This document shows, one piece after another, positions 7,766 to 16,483 of a stretch of DNA of 32,000 bases. The notes below the pieces were generated by a model that did not search any database, was not told the DNA's origin, and worked only from the letters and a program-made list of their open reading frames with translations. Numbering within the stretch: position 1 is the stretch's first letter; each line of letters opens with the position of its first letter. The stretch is from Dickeya dadantii NCPPB 898 (GTDB taxonomy: Bacteria; Pseudomonadota; Gammaproteobacteria; Enterobacterales; Enterobacteriaceae): positions 2,203,543 through 2,235,542 of the forward strand of contig NZ_CM001976.1 in assembly GCF_000406145.1 (NCBI RefSeq), written 5' to 3'. Both the position numbers and the translations under genes were made by a program.

Positions 7766-8692
7766 ATGGCGACATCGGTGGTGGCAGCATTGCAAATCGG
7801 GAGTTCACCTGCCGGCAACGCGGCGACGCTGGAAGCGATTCTGGCATGGGAAGGGGACATTGTGCGTAGCGGCGCGACGTTGGTGGTGATGCCGGAAGCG
7901 CTATTGGGCGGATACCCGAAAGGTGAGACGTTCGGCACCTATCTGGGCTATCGCCTGCCGCAAGGGCGCGAGGCGTTTGCACAGTATTACCATCATGCCG
8001 TCGATCTGGATGGCGAAGAGTGCGCGGCGCTGGCGGCGTTGTCGGCTCGTACCGGCGCCACGCTGGTGGTGGGCGCCATTGAACGCGACGGCAACACCTT
8101 ATACTGCACGGCGTTGTTTTTCACGCCGGAAGCCGGGCTGGCGGGCAAGCACCGCAAGCTGATGCCCACTGGCACCGAGCGGTTGATCTGGGGACAGGGC
8201 GATGGCTCCACCCTGACGGTGCTGGATTCGCCGGTGGGTAAAATCGGCGCGGCGATCTGTTGGGAAAACCATATGCCGCTACTGCGTATGGCGATGTACG
8301 GCAAAGGCGTACAGGTGTGGTGCGCGCCGACGGTGGACGAGCGCGACATCTGGCACGCCTCGATGCGGCATATCGCCCACGAAGGGCGCTGCTTCGTGGT
8401 TAGCGCCTGCCAGGTGCAACCGTCGCCTGCCGAGCTGGGCATTGAGGTGCCCGGCTGGGATCCGCAACGGCCACTGATCAACGGCGGCAGCCTGATCGTC
8501 GATCCGCTGGGCAACGTACTGGCCGGGCCGCTGACCGGTCAGGCCGGTTTACTGACGGCGGAAATCGACACCGACCTGCTGGCCGGCGCCCGCTACGATC
8601 TGGATGTGGTCGGCCACTACGCCCGGCCAGATGTATTTTCGCTGACGGTGGATGAGCGCGAGCGGAGGGCGGTGCGGTATAGGGGGGATTAG
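7766..8692 (+). CDS. Nitrilase (carbon-nitrogen hydrolase superfamily)
   Basis: The nitrilase catalytic triad context is present: PEALLGGYP (Glu), HRKLMPT (Lys) and [13 protein letters not shown] (Cys). Length is 308 aa. Confidence 0.9.
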   Translation: MATSVVAALQIGSSPAGNAATLEAILAWEGDIVRSGATLVVMPEALLGGYPKGETFGTYLGYRLPQGREAFAQYYHHAVDLDGEECAALAALSARTGATLVVGAIERDGNTLYCTALFFTPEAGLAGKHRKLMPTGTERLIWGQGDGSTLTVLDSPVGKIGAAICWENHMPLLRMAMYGKGVQVWCAPTVDERDIWHASMRHIAHEGRCFVVSACQVQPSPAELGIEVPGWDPQRPLINGGSLIVDPLGNVLAGPLTGQAGLLTAEIDTDLLAGARYDLDVVGHYARPDVFSLTVDERERRAVRYRGD

Positions 8693-8710
8693 TCTTGTTA
8701 ACCGTAAATA

Positions 8711-9130
8711 CTACTTACTATTGCACGCGGGTAACGCACCGTGAGCGCAAACAAACTTCAGAATTTGCCTGCGCTCTAAATATCTTATGTATGCTGATGT
8801 ATAAATATCGTCTATTTGGATAGGGCATACAGATACCCAAAGCATGCTTTCTGGCACATCCCCGAATACTTTTTTGCTTCTGCGAAAAGTATTGCCGCCA
8901 GAATGACCGGGCCTCTCGTTAAAGGCAGAGATAGCAAATTGATGAATTCGCTTACCAAGCGTTTGACTTGTCGTTTCGCCGATATAGATGATGGATGTGT
9001 TGTCGGAACGATAATCAGAAGGTTCAGTTTCACTTCTGGCGATCATATATACGCCGGGAAGATCTTTTCCGGCGATATCCCGTCTTTTTGTCAGGTTTAT
9101 CCACGGGTGGAATTTAACTTTTCCAAACAT
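8711..9130 (-). CDS. Hypothetical protein with GIY-YIG nuclease-like motifs (139 aa, orphan, AT-rich)
   Basis: An intact ORF in a conspicuously AT-rich segment. The motifs PGVYMI...IIYIGET..LGKRIHQF...YLERRQ...LPACN resemble the GIY / YIG / Arg-helix / Glu / Asn series of GIY-YIG domains. The assignment rests on motifs read by eye only. The RBS is weak (GAGATTCGT-ATG). Confidence 0.55.
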   Translation of the reverse strand: MFGKVKFHPWINLTKRRDIAGKDLPGVYMIARSETEPSDYRSDNTSIIYIGETTSQTLGKRIHQFAISAFNERPGHSGGNTFRRSKKVFGDVPESMLWVSVCPIQIDDIYTSAYIRYLERRQILKFVCAHGALPACNSK

Positions 9131-9162
9131 ACGAATCTCTGCTTGATGTGGCTTAAGACAAG

Positions 9163-9241
9163 CTGTTTTGTCGAACCCTGTCGTGGGTTCTCGTCCGCCC
9201 TATCATCGGATTAAAAACAAAAACCCCAGACTTGCGTCTGG
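9163..9241. repeat. tRNA-linked direct repeat, copy A (distal)
   Basis: CTGTTTTGTCGAACCCTGTCGTGGGTTCTCGTCCGCC...AAAAACAAAAACCCCAGACttgcGTCTGG. It matches 9335-9413 at roughly 70 of 79 positions by hand count, with an offset of 172 bp. Confidence 0.85.
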
Positions 9242-9245
9242 AAAA

Positions 9246-9264
9246 GGCGGGTGAGGGTTGAACC
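9246..9264 (-). other. Degenerate copy of the tRNA-Ser 3' end (acceptor/T-arm-like fragment)
   Basis: GGCGGGTGAGGGTTGAACC compared with the authentic 9432-9456 GGCGGTGAGGGAGGGATTCGAACC. No matching 5' acceptor strand (GGTGAGG) follows, so this is not a functional tRNA. Confidence 0.5.
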
Positions 9265-9334
9265 GGCCCGGTCGGGATTGACTCGCGCGTGGCGCTCGCC
9301 CTGCGGGCCGCCTGCGGCGGTCCAAAACGGCAGG

Positions 9335-9413
9335 CCGTTTTGTCGAACCCTGTCGTGGGTTCTCGTCCGCCCCAGCACCGGTTTAAAAACAAAAACCCCA
9401 GACGGAAGTCTGG
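9335..9413. repeat. tRNA-linked direct repeat, copy B (proximal; includes the tRNA terminator)
   Basis: CCGTTTTGTCGAACCCTGTCGTGGGTTCTCGTCCGCC...AAAAACAAAAACCCCAGACggaaGTCTGG. This is the partner of copy A. Confidence 0.85.
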
Positions 9414-9426
9414 GGTTTTTGTTTTT
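9385..9426 (-). terminator. Rho-independent terminator of tRNA-Ser (extended perfect palindrome, bidirectional)
   Basis: AAAAACAAAAACCCCAGAC-ggaa-GTCTGGGGTTTTTGTTTTT, starting 4 nt after the tRNA CCA end. Confidence 0.85.
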
Positions 9427-9430
9427 AATC

Positions 9431-9520
9431 TGGCGGTGAGGGAGGGATTCGAACCCTCGATACGTTTTCACGTATACACACTTTCCAGGCGTGCTCCTTC
9501 AGCCACTCGGACACCTCACC
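9431..9520 (-). tRNA. serX: tRNA-Ser (anticodon GGA), 90 nt with encoded CCA
   Basis: The minus strand reads GGTGAGGTGTCCGAGTGGCTGAAGGAGCACGCCTGGAAAGTGTGTATACGTGAAAACGTATCGAGGGTTCGAATCCCTCCCTCACCGCCA. It has a 7-bp acceptor stem, the anticodon loop CUGGAAA, a long variable arm and a GGTTCGAATCC T-loop. It is near-identical to recalled E. coli serW/serX. I chose the serX symbol because of linkage to ycdX. Confidence 0.95.
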
Positions 9521-9551
9521 GGTTCGTCGCCAGCAGGGGCAACGGGGCGCT

Positions 9552-9580
9552 ACTCTAGGGAAAATCCGCTGCAGCGTCAA
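9552..9580 (-). promoter_or_regulatory. Candidate sigma70 promoter of tRNA-Ser
   Basis: The minus strand reads TTGACG (9580-9575), a 17-nt spacer, TAGAGT (9557-9552), then a GC-rich discriminator AGCGCCCC. The site is about 30 nt upstream of the mature 5' end. Confidence 0.55.
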
Positions 9581-9792
9581 CACACTTCTTTCATAAAAAC
9601 GTGCGTTTAGCCAAACTTAGCGCAATCTGCTGCTTTACTCGCCAGTCCGTCTTGTCGGCTCGTAGTCCGGGTGTGCAACAAGACGGCGTATGTTTCACTT
9701 CTGTTAATTTGCGGTTATCGTGCCGACGCCTCGGCTGTGCCGGTGCAGGATAAATGCTATGCTGGCTTATCAATGCCGAGTCAGGAGAAACC

Positions 9793-10530
9793 ATGTATCC
9801 CGTCGATTTACACATGCACACCGTCGCCAGTACCCACGCCTACAGCACCCTGCATGACTACGTAGCCGAAGCCAAAGCCAAACAGATCCGCCTGTTCGCC
9901 ATTACCGATCACGGCCCGGATATGGCGGATGCGCCGCACTACTGGCATTTCATCAATATGCGCGTCTGGCCGCGCGTCGTGGACGGCATCGGTATCCTGC
10001 GCGGCATTGAAGCCAACATCAAGAATCTGGCGGGCGATATTGATTGCACCGGACCGATGCTGGATTGCATGGATCTGGTTATCGCCGGTTTCCACGAACC
10101 GGTGTTTCCTCCGGCGGACCGCGATACCCATACCGAAGCGATGATTGCCGCGATGGCGCAGGGCTCGGTGCATATCATCAGCCATCCCGGCAACCCGAAA
10201 TTCCCGATCGATATCCGCGCCGTTGCACAAGCCGCGGCCAAATATAACGTGGCGCTGGAACTGAATAACTCGTCTTTTACCCATTCCCGTAAGGGCAGCG
10301 AGCCGAATTGTCTTGCGGTGGCTGAAGCGGTGCGCGACGCCGGCGGTTATCTGGCGCTGGGGTCGGATTCGCATATCGCCTGGTCGCTGGGTGAGTTCCC
10401 GCATTGCGAACGCATTATGCGGGACGTTGATTTTCCGCAGGATCGCGTGTTGAATGTCAGCCCGCGCCGGGTGCTGGATTTTCTGGAACTGCGCGGGAAA
10501 CCCGCGATCCCGGAGTTTGCGGATTTGTGA
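9793..10530 (+). CDS. ycdX: PHP-domain zinc phosphatase YcdX
   Basis: [23 protein letters not shown]... is collinear with E. coli YcdX at 245 aa. AGGAGA lies 5 nt upstream of ATG 9793. The ORF-track start at 9754 is an upstream extension. Confidence 0.9.
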   Translation: MYPVDLHMHTVASTHAYSTLHDYVAEAKAKQIRLFAITDHGPDMADAPHYWHFINMRVWPRVVDGIGILRGIEANIKNLAGDIDCTGPMLDCMDLVIAGFHEPVFPPADRDTHTEAMIAAMAQGSVHIISHPGNPKFPIDIRAVAQAAAKYNVALELNNSSFTHSRKGSEPNCLAVAEAVRDAGGYLALGSDSHIAWSLGEFPHCERIMRDVDFPQDRVLNVSPRRVLDFLELRGKPAIPEFADL

Positions 10531-10575
10531 CATTGTCACCTAAGCGCGACGTCATGTCTTTTACAGGTTGATAAG

Positions 10576-11154
10576 ATGAATGAATTTTCCGTGGTGTGCC
10601 GCATTCTCGGCACGCTGTTTAACCGCCCGCCGCAGGATCCGCTGCTGGCGCCGTTGTTTAACCTGATTGCGCAAGGCAAGCTGGCACAGCAATGGCCGCT
10701 GGCGCAGGACGAGCTGATGGCGCGCTGGCAGCGCAGCGTTGATTTGCCGGCGATGGGCGCTGATTATGAGGCATTGTTCGGCGCGCAGCCGTCGGTGCCG
10801 CCGCACCGTTCCAGTTGGGAACCGGCAGCACAAGAGGCCGAAGTGCGCGCGTTTTTGCAACAGCGCGGCATGCCGCTGGGCGACGGTCCGGTAGACCATT
10901 TCGGCGCCTTGCTGCTGGCCGCATCCTGGCTGGAAGATCAGGCGCAGGAAGATGAAACCGCCGCGCAATCAGAGTTTTTCGATCGCTATCTGCTGGCGTG
11001 GAGCGATCGTTTTCTGGGTAAGGTGGAAAGCCATGCCACCACCGCGTTTTATCGCACGCTGGCGATCATTTGCCGTGAAGCGCTGGAAGCGATGCGCGAT
11101 GAACTGGCGGAAGCGGAAGACGACGAGACGGATGACGAGGCGCCTGAAGAGTGA
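10576..11154 (+). CDS. ycdY: TorD-family redox-enzyme maturation chaperone YcdY
   Basis: MNEFSVVCRILGTLFNRPPQDPLL... resembles E. coli YcdY, and the gene follows ycdX as in E. coli. It has an acidic C-terminal tail (AEAEDDETDDEAPEE). Confidence 0.85.
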   Translation: MNEFSVVCRILGTLFNRPPQDPLLAPLFNLIAQGKLAQQWPLAQDELMARWQRSVDLPAMGADYEALFGAQPSVPPHRSSWEPAAQEAEVRAFLQQRGMPLGDGPVDHFGALLLAASWLEDQAQEDETAAQSEFFDRYLLAWSDRFLGKVESHATTAFYRTLAIICREALEAMRDELAEAEDDETDDEAPEE

Positions 11155-11185
11155 AAAAAGGGTGGCGATTATTGCCACCCTTTTT
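11153..11185. terminator. Bidirectional rho-independent terminator between ycdY and yceB
   Basis: AAAAAA-GGGTGGC-gattatt-GCCACCC-TTTTTT lies between the two convergent stop codons. Confidence 0.85.
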
Positions 11186-11188
11186 TCC

Positions 11189-11752
11189 TTAATCGGTCAA
11201 CATGATAACCAGTTGGCCGGGTTTCACTTCGATGCCTTTGGCCAGTTTCTTCGCCAGTGCTTCTTTGTTGCTGTGCTCCGGGTTCAGCACGTAGGCGGGC
11301 TTCTGGTCAAAGTAACTTTTCAACGACTGATTCAGGTAGGGCGTCAGCGTTTGCAGCACCGTTTGTAATTTCTCCGGCTGAACGCTGTAATCCACCAGCT
11401 CCATATCTTTCAGATAGATGGCACCCTCGTCCTTGTTGAATACCGGTTGGGCTTTGAGCGTCAGTTTCATGTCTGCCTGCTGTTTACCCAACAGCGAGCT
11501 GATATCGACCTTGGCGGTACCGCTCAGCGTCACTTTGCCGGGTTCCGCGCGGCCAATCTGGCTGGTCAGCTCGGTCAGCGTAATATGTGCATCCACCACG
11601 CCGGGAACGCCCAGTTGCTTCTGGTAGTCATTATGCTGTTGTAAATACTGATTGATTTCCTGCTCGCTCAGGCTGTATTGCGCCAACTGGTTGCAACCGC
11701 TTACCAGCAGCGTTCCCAACAGCGCCAGAGCGGCCAGTCCCGATTTTTTCAT
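11189..11752 (-). CDS. yceB: Lipoprotein YceB (DUF1439)
   Basis: Lipobox LLVSGC. The sequence is collinear with recalled E. coli YceB (CNQL.QY..TEQEINQ...KKLAKGIEVKPG). Confidence 0.9.
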   Translation of the reverse strand: MKKSGLAALALLGTLLVSGCNQLAQYSLSEQEINQYLQQHNDYQKQLGVPGVVDAHITLTELTSQIGRAEPGKVTLSGTAKVDISSLLGKQQADMKLTLKAQPVFNKDEGAIYLKDMELVDYSVQPEKLQTVLQTLTPYLNQSLKSYFDQKPAYVLNPEHSNKEALAKKLAKGIEVKPGQLVIMLTD

Positions 11753-11886
11753 TGTTATAACCTCTTGTTTTCCATGATTCCCTCGTCGGGCGAAGGATGC
11801 CGGCAGGGTGCGTTATTCCGCTGATATCGCCAATCGGAATAGGCCTAAACACCACCGTCAGCCGGTAGTGACGGCGGCAACAAGGG

Positions 11887-12534
11887 TTATTGCGCCTGTT
11901 CGATCAGCAGATCGATGTCGGCGTGTTGAGACAGGGTGTCGCAGTAGGCGGCGATAGCTGCCGGGACATTGACGTCGGCGACGATAGTCAGCGAGCGCAG
12001 CAGGGCGAACAGATTGATGTCATCCAGCGACAGCGTGCCGTTGCAAGCCTGCGGTGACACAATCAGCGGCGCCAGCGCTTGCAGGTCGCCTTCCAGTTGG
12101 CCGATCAGCGCGGCCGACTGGCTGAAGTGGGTATCGAAGCTGCCGATTTGCCCCTCTTTCTTGTGAATAAAGTAGTTGCGGCCGGCGTCGGTGGCGAACT
12201 CTTCGAAATCGGCGCGAGAGAAACGCGGAATCAGCAGGCGCGGCGCGTATTCATACACGCGGCGAATCCAGGCGTCGATAGCCGGGTTGGTCGGGCCGGT
12301 CAACACCGGTTTGTCGTCCAGCTCGTCGATGTATTTCACGATATCCAGACTTTCCGGCATGTAGCTGCCGTCCTGTTTTTGCAGAATCGGCACCATTTTC
12401 TGACCGACCATCGAAATCGGCGTGGCTTCATCCTCGTTGGACAACACGCATACGTCCACCGGCAACTGTTTCAGGCCGAAAATCATGCGCGCCTTCACGC
12501 AGAAAGGACAATGTTCATAGACAAACAGTTTCAT
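11887..12534 (-). CDS. grxB: Glutaredoxin 2
   Basis: MKLFVYEHCPFCVKARMIFGLK... contains the CPFC active site and gives 215 aa, as in E. coli. ATG 12534 is preceded by AAGGAG. The ORF-track start at 12585 is an extension. Confidence 0.9.
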   Translation of the reverse strand: MKLFVYEHCPFCVKARMIFGLKQLPVDVCVLSNEDEATPISMVGQKMVPILQKQDGSYMPESLDIVKYIDELDDKPVLTGPTNPAIDAWIRRVYEYAPRLLIPRFSRADFEEFATDAGRNYFIHKKEGQIGSFDTHFSQSAALIGQLEGDLQALAPLIVSPQACNGTLSLDDINLFALLRSLTIVADVNVPAAIAAYCDTLSQHADIDLLIEQAQ

Positions 12535-12691
12535 ACCGGAACTCCTTGGGTTGAGCGGCGCCGTATCGGGCGCTGCCGTGATCATGATGTCGTGCGGGAT
12601 TATCTATCGTCAGCGTCGGCTCGTCCATGTGCAATGTCCGTAGTAACAAATGTCCTTAGAAACACCTGTGCGCCGCAACAGCTGGAAATTG

Positions 12692-12722
12692 AAGATAAAA
12701 GCGGGGCGATGATAGCGCCCCG
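12692..12722 (-). terminator. Rho-independent terminator downstream of mdtH
   Basis: The minus strand reads CGGGGCG-cuaucau-CGCCCCG followed by CUUUUAUCUU. Confidence 0.65.
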
Positions 12723-12750
12723 TGCGATGGTGGGGTTTAACGCGGTTGAT

Positions 12751-13956
12751 TCAGTGCTCGTTCAGCATGGCGGGTTCGATGCGCTTCAGGTGGAACTGCC
12801 AGTACAGCGCGGCCAGGGTCAACATCCCGATGATGCCCAGCATGCACCAGGGCAAGGCCGGTTGGCCGAGCGCCTTTCCGGTATCAAACAGCCAGCCGCC
12901 GCCGCTGTAGCCGAGCGCGCCGCCGAGCGCCAGCCCCATACGGCTGAACCCCATATAGCTGCCGCGGGCGCGGGCGTCGGCCAGCGATGCCCCCAGCGTT
13001 TCCCGCGCCGGTTCGGCGATGATGGAGCCAATGTAAAACAGCCCGATCATGCCCAGCAGCCATTGCAAACTGGTGATCATGCCCATCGGAATTAGGCTCA
13101 GGGTCATGATGAACAGCCCGAACATCAGTCGTTGTTCCAGACGGAAACGTTTTTCACTCCAGCGGGCGATGGGGTAAAGCAGCGTCAGCGACAGCGCGGC
13201 TTCAATGGCGTACATCCATTTCACCGCGGACGGCGTGCCCGCCAGTTCGTTGACCATGATCGGCATCATCAATAGCACCTGTACGCCCAGCATGAAGTAA
13301 CCGGTCAGCGTCAGCACGTAGACGACGAAGCGACGGTCGCGCATTACCCGCATCATTCCTTCACGAATGGGGGTGCGGATGGTGGAAATGCGGTAGGCGG
13401 GCAGCAGCAGGGCATTTAGCGCGGCCGCCAGCACGAATACCGCCGCGCCGGCCCAGCACACTACGGAAAAGTTGTACTGCATCAGCCAACTGCCGATCAG
13501 CGCGCCGATCACCGCGCCGGCGTTGTCCTGCATCATTAACAGCGAGAAGAAGCGGCTACGCTCGTGCGGACGGGTCAGCTTGATGACCATGGCGTTGCGC
13601 GGCGGCTCGAACAACGTACCGCCCAGCGCCGACAGCACGCAGGAGAGGATCAGCATCAGTGGCGTGGTGGCCAACGCCATGAACACAAAACCGGAGGCGC
13701 GCAGCAACATGCCGGTGACGATCATCGGTTTGGCACCGAAACGGTCGGCGATAGCGCCGCCGAAAATGCCAAGCCCCTGCTGGGTGAATTGTCGCAGGCC
13801 GAGCGCGATCCCGACGGTCAGCGCCGCCCAGCCCATCTGGTCGACAAAGCGAATGGAAATCAACGGGAATACCACGAAGAAACCTAATACCACCAGCATG
13901 TTATCCAACAGCAGAAAATATTTACCCAGGCTGCGGGCCTGCGTCATCAATGACAT
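12751..13956 (-). CDS. mdtH: MFS multidrug efflux transporter MdtH
   Basis: Near-collinear with recalled E. coli MdtH ([35 protein letters not shown]...). Length is 401 aa. Confidence 0.92.
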   Translation of the reverse strand: MSLMTQARSLGKYFLLLDNMLVVLGFFVVFPLISIRFVDQMGWAALTVGIALGLRQFTQQGLGIFGGAIADRFGAKPMIVTGMLLRASGFVFMALATTPLMLILSCVLSALGGTLFEPPRNAMVIKLTRPHERSRFFSLLMMQDNAGAVIGALIGSWLMQYNFSVVCWAGAAVFVLAAALNALLLPAYRISTIRTPIREGMMRVMRDRRFVVYVLTLTGYFMLGVQVLLMMPIMVNELAGTPSAVKWMYAIEAALSLTLLYPIARWSEKRFRLEQRLMFGLFIMTLSLIPMGMITSLQWLLGMIGLFYIGSIIAEPARETLGASLADARARGSYMGFSRMGLALGGALGYSGGGWLFDTGKALGQPALPWCMLGIIGMLTLAALYWQFHLKRIEPAMLNEH

Positions 13957-14266
13957 GTTTCACCACAAGGAAAGAAGAAAAGAATGCAGCCTGGCTATTC
14001 TCTCGCCGATTGCGCCGTTGCGATAGAGTACCCGGCTAATAAATTTTTTTATCGTTCAACCGTTGTCTGACGCGCAGTTTACGAAAAAAAATCAGTATGG
14101 CGTATCGATTGTGCAATAACTCGGCGGTCATGGTTTTACGCTATGGAATTTATGTGGTTATAGTAAGCGCTATTGGTGATTTATCCTTTTATGGCGTCCG
14201 CCGCGTCGGCGTTGATCGCATCAATAAAATTTCTTCATCGACAATCCGTCACCTGAGGGGGAAGGC

Positions 14267-14851
14267 ATGTTTGGCTATCGCTCAACGACACCCAGGGTCC
14301 GTCTGACCACGGATCGGCTGGTGGTCCGTCTGGCGCATGAACGCGATGCCTGGCGTCTGGCTGAGTATTACGCGGAAAACCGTGATTTTTTGAAACCCTG
14401 GGAGCCGGTGCGCGATGCCAGCCACTGTTATCCTTCCGGCTGGCAGGCGCGGCTGAGTGTGATCTGCGATATGCACAAACAGGGTAGCGCCTACTACTTT
14501 TTGCTGCTGGACCCGGATGAAAACGAGGTGCGCGGCGTCGCCAACTTCAGCAATGTGCTGCGCGGTTCTTTTCACGCCTGCTACCTCGGCTATTCGCTGG
14601 GGCAAAAATGGCAGGGGCAAGGGATGATGTACGAGGCGTTGCAGTCGGCTCTGCGTTACATGCAGCGTCAGCAACATATGCACCGTATTATGGCTAACTA
14701 TATGCCGCACAATCAGCGCAGCGGCAACCTGCTGGCCCGGCTTGGCTTCGAAAAGGAAGGCTACGCCAAAAACTACCTGTTGATTGACGGCAAGTGGCAG
14801 GACCATGTGCTGACCGCCCTGACCAATAATGAATGGACGCCGATGCGCTGA
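14267..14851 (+). CDS. rimJ: Ribosomal protein S5 alanine N-acetyltransferase
   Basis: [22 protein letters not shown]...[19 protein letters not shown] is highly similar to E. coli RimJ. Length is 194 aa. Confidence 0.92.
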   Translation: MFGYRSTTPRVRLTTDRLVVRLAHERDAWRLAEYYAENRDFLKPWEPVRDASHCYPSGWQARLSVICDMHKQGSAYYFLLLDPDENEVRGVANFSNVLRGSFHACYLGYSLGQKWQGQGMMYEALQSALRYMQRQQHMHRIMANYMPHNQRSGNLLARLGFEKEGYAKNYLLIDGKWQDHVLTALTNNEWTPMR

Positions 14852-14876
14852 GCATGCGGGTCAATGAGGATGTGCC

Positions 14877-15521
14877 ATGAAATATCAACTGACGCCCCGC
14901 GAAGCGCGGGTAATCGGCTGCCTGCTGGAAAAACAGGTCACTACCCCAGAGCAGTACCCGATGTCCCTGAATGGCCTGACCGCCGCCTGTAATCAGAAAA
15001 CCAACCGCGAACCGGTGATGGACCTAACCGAAAACGAGGTGCAGCAAACGCTTGATCTGCTGGTTAAACGGCATTTTCTGCGTACCGTCAGCGGCTTCGG
15101 CAACCGGGTGATGAAATATGAACACCGCTTCTGCAATTCCGAATTCGGCGATCTGAAGTTCTCACCGGCCGAAGTGGCGCTGGTGACCACCTTACTGCTG
15201 CGCGGCGCGCAAACGCCGGGCGAATTGCGTACCCGGGCGGCCCGCTTATACGAGTTTGCCGATATGGACGAGCTGGAAAACGTGTTGCAGCACCTGCAAC
15301 AGCGCGAAGACGGGCCATTTGTGGCGCGGCTGGCGCGGGAGCCGGGCAAGCGTGAAAGTCGGTTCATGCATCTGTTCAGCGGCGAGGCGGCGGATGTCGC
15401 GCCCGCTGAGTCAGTCGATGAACCGGCCGAAGGCGGGCTGGCCGCGCGGGTTTCCGTACTGGAAAACGACGTCGCCGAGTTGCGGGCGCAACTGGCCGCG
15501 TTGCAGGCGCGCCTTGCCTGA
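14877..15521 (+). CDS. yceH: DUF480 protein YceH
   Basis: [34 protein letters not shown]... matches E. coli YceH, and the gene follows rimJ as in E. coli. Confidence 0.9.
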   Translation: MKYQLTPREARVIGCLLEKQVTTPEQYPMSLNGLTAACNQKTNREPVMDLTENEVQQTLDLLVKRHFLRTVSGFGNRVMKYEHRFCNSEFGDLKFSPAEVALVTTLLLRGAQTPGELRTRAARLYEFADMDELENVLQHLQQREDGPFVARLAREPGKRESRFMHLFSGEAADVAPAESVDEPAEGGLAARVSVLENDVAELRAQLAALQARLA

Positions 15522-15559
15522 CGGCGATCTGAATGCGGCACGTTACCGGGAGCGATAGC

Positions 15560-16483
15560 ATGAAATCATTACGCATCGGGGTGGCTGGATTGGGCGATAT
15601 CGCCCGCAAGGCCTATTTGCCGATCTTATCACAGGCTGAGCACTGGCAACTGGCGGGCGCCTGGTCGCCGGGGCAGGAACGAGCCCGGCAACTGTGCCAG
15701 CAATACCGTATCGCTTGTTTTTCCTCGCTGGCGGCGCTGAGCAGCCAGTGTGATGCGGTGTTTGTGCACAGCAGCACCGCCAGCCACTATGAGGTGGTTA
15801 AAACGCTGCTGCTGGCGGGCAAACACGTCTATGTGGATAAGCCGCTGGCGGAAACGCTGGCGCAGGCGGAAGAACTGGTGGCGCTGGCGGCCAGCCGCAA
15901 TTTGTTGCTGATGGTGGGGTTCAACCGCCGTTTTGCGCCGCTTTATCAACGGCTCAGGCAACTGCGGCCGGCCCCGGACAGCCTGCGCATGGAAAAACAC
16001 CGCGTCGATAATATCGGGCCGCATCCGCTGGCGTTTACCCTGCTGGATGACTATCTGCACGTGGTGGACACCGCCCTGTGGCTGGCGGAAACGCCGGACG
16101 CGCCGGCCACGCTGTGCGGCGGCCTGCTACGCTGCAACCCGCAGGGGCAGTTGATTTACGCCGAGCACCAGTTCCAGAGCGCGCAGGGGATGATCACCAC
16201 CAGCATGCACCGTCAGGCCGGCAGCCAGCGTGAAAGCGTACAGCTGGTCAATGACGGCGGCTGGTATCAGGTGGATAACCTGCGCGAGTGGCGTGAAGAG
16301 CACGACGGCACGGTATCGCTGCATCCGACGCCGTCCTGGCAGAGCACGCTGGAGCAGCGCGGCTTTGTGGGCGCGGTCCGGCACTTTATCGACGCGGTGG
16401 TTGCACACACGTCGCCGTTAACCTCCGGCGATCAGGCGTTGCGTGCGCAGCGGGTGATCGAGATGTTGTTGAGAGAACGCTGA
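15560..16483 (+). CDS. mviM: Gfo/Idh/MocA-family oxidoreductase MviM/YceM
   Basis: MKSLRIGVAGLGDIARKAYLPIL is a Rossmann N-terminus. Length is 307 aa, as in E. coli. ATG 15560 follows GGGAG. The ORF-track start at 15533 is an extension. Confidence 0.88.
   Translation: MKSLRIGVAGLGDIARKAYLPILSQAEHWQLAGAWSPGQERARQLCQQYRIACFSSLAALSSQCDAVFVHSSTASHYEVVKTLLLAGKHVYVDKPLAETLAQAEELVALAASRNLLLMVGFNRRFAPLYQRLRQLRPAPDSLRMEKHRVDNIGPHPLAFTLLDDYLHVVDTALWLAETPDAPATLCGGLLRCNPQGQLIYAEHQFQSAQGMITTSMHRQAGSQRESVQLVNDGGWYQVDNLREWREEHDGTVSLHPTPSWQSTLEQRGFVGAVRHFIDAVVAHTSPLTSGDQALRAQRVIEMLLRER

Noticed and set aside
8693-9520. Intact genomic island or prophage integrated at tRNA-Ser
   Set aside because: No integrase, excisionase or phage genes are present. 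The foreign-looking DNA is under 0.5 kb with one ORF. At most it is a scar or remnant, and it is reported as such in the findings.
9153-9558. Several 62-89-aa ORFs (9153-9392, 9211-9471, 9251-9439, 9289-9558)
   Set aside because: They overlap the tRNA-Ser gene, its terminator and the tRNA-linked repeats. The open frames come from repeat and GC composition, not from coding.
12079-13095. 338-aa plus-strand ORF
   Set aside because: It is antisense to grxB and mdtH and crosses their intergenic terminator. The translation is Arg/Gln/His-rich with no domain signature.
14097-14306. 69-aa ORF upstream of rimJ
   Set aside because: It lies in the mdtH/rimJ divergent promoter region, runs into the rimJ start, and has no RBS or motif.
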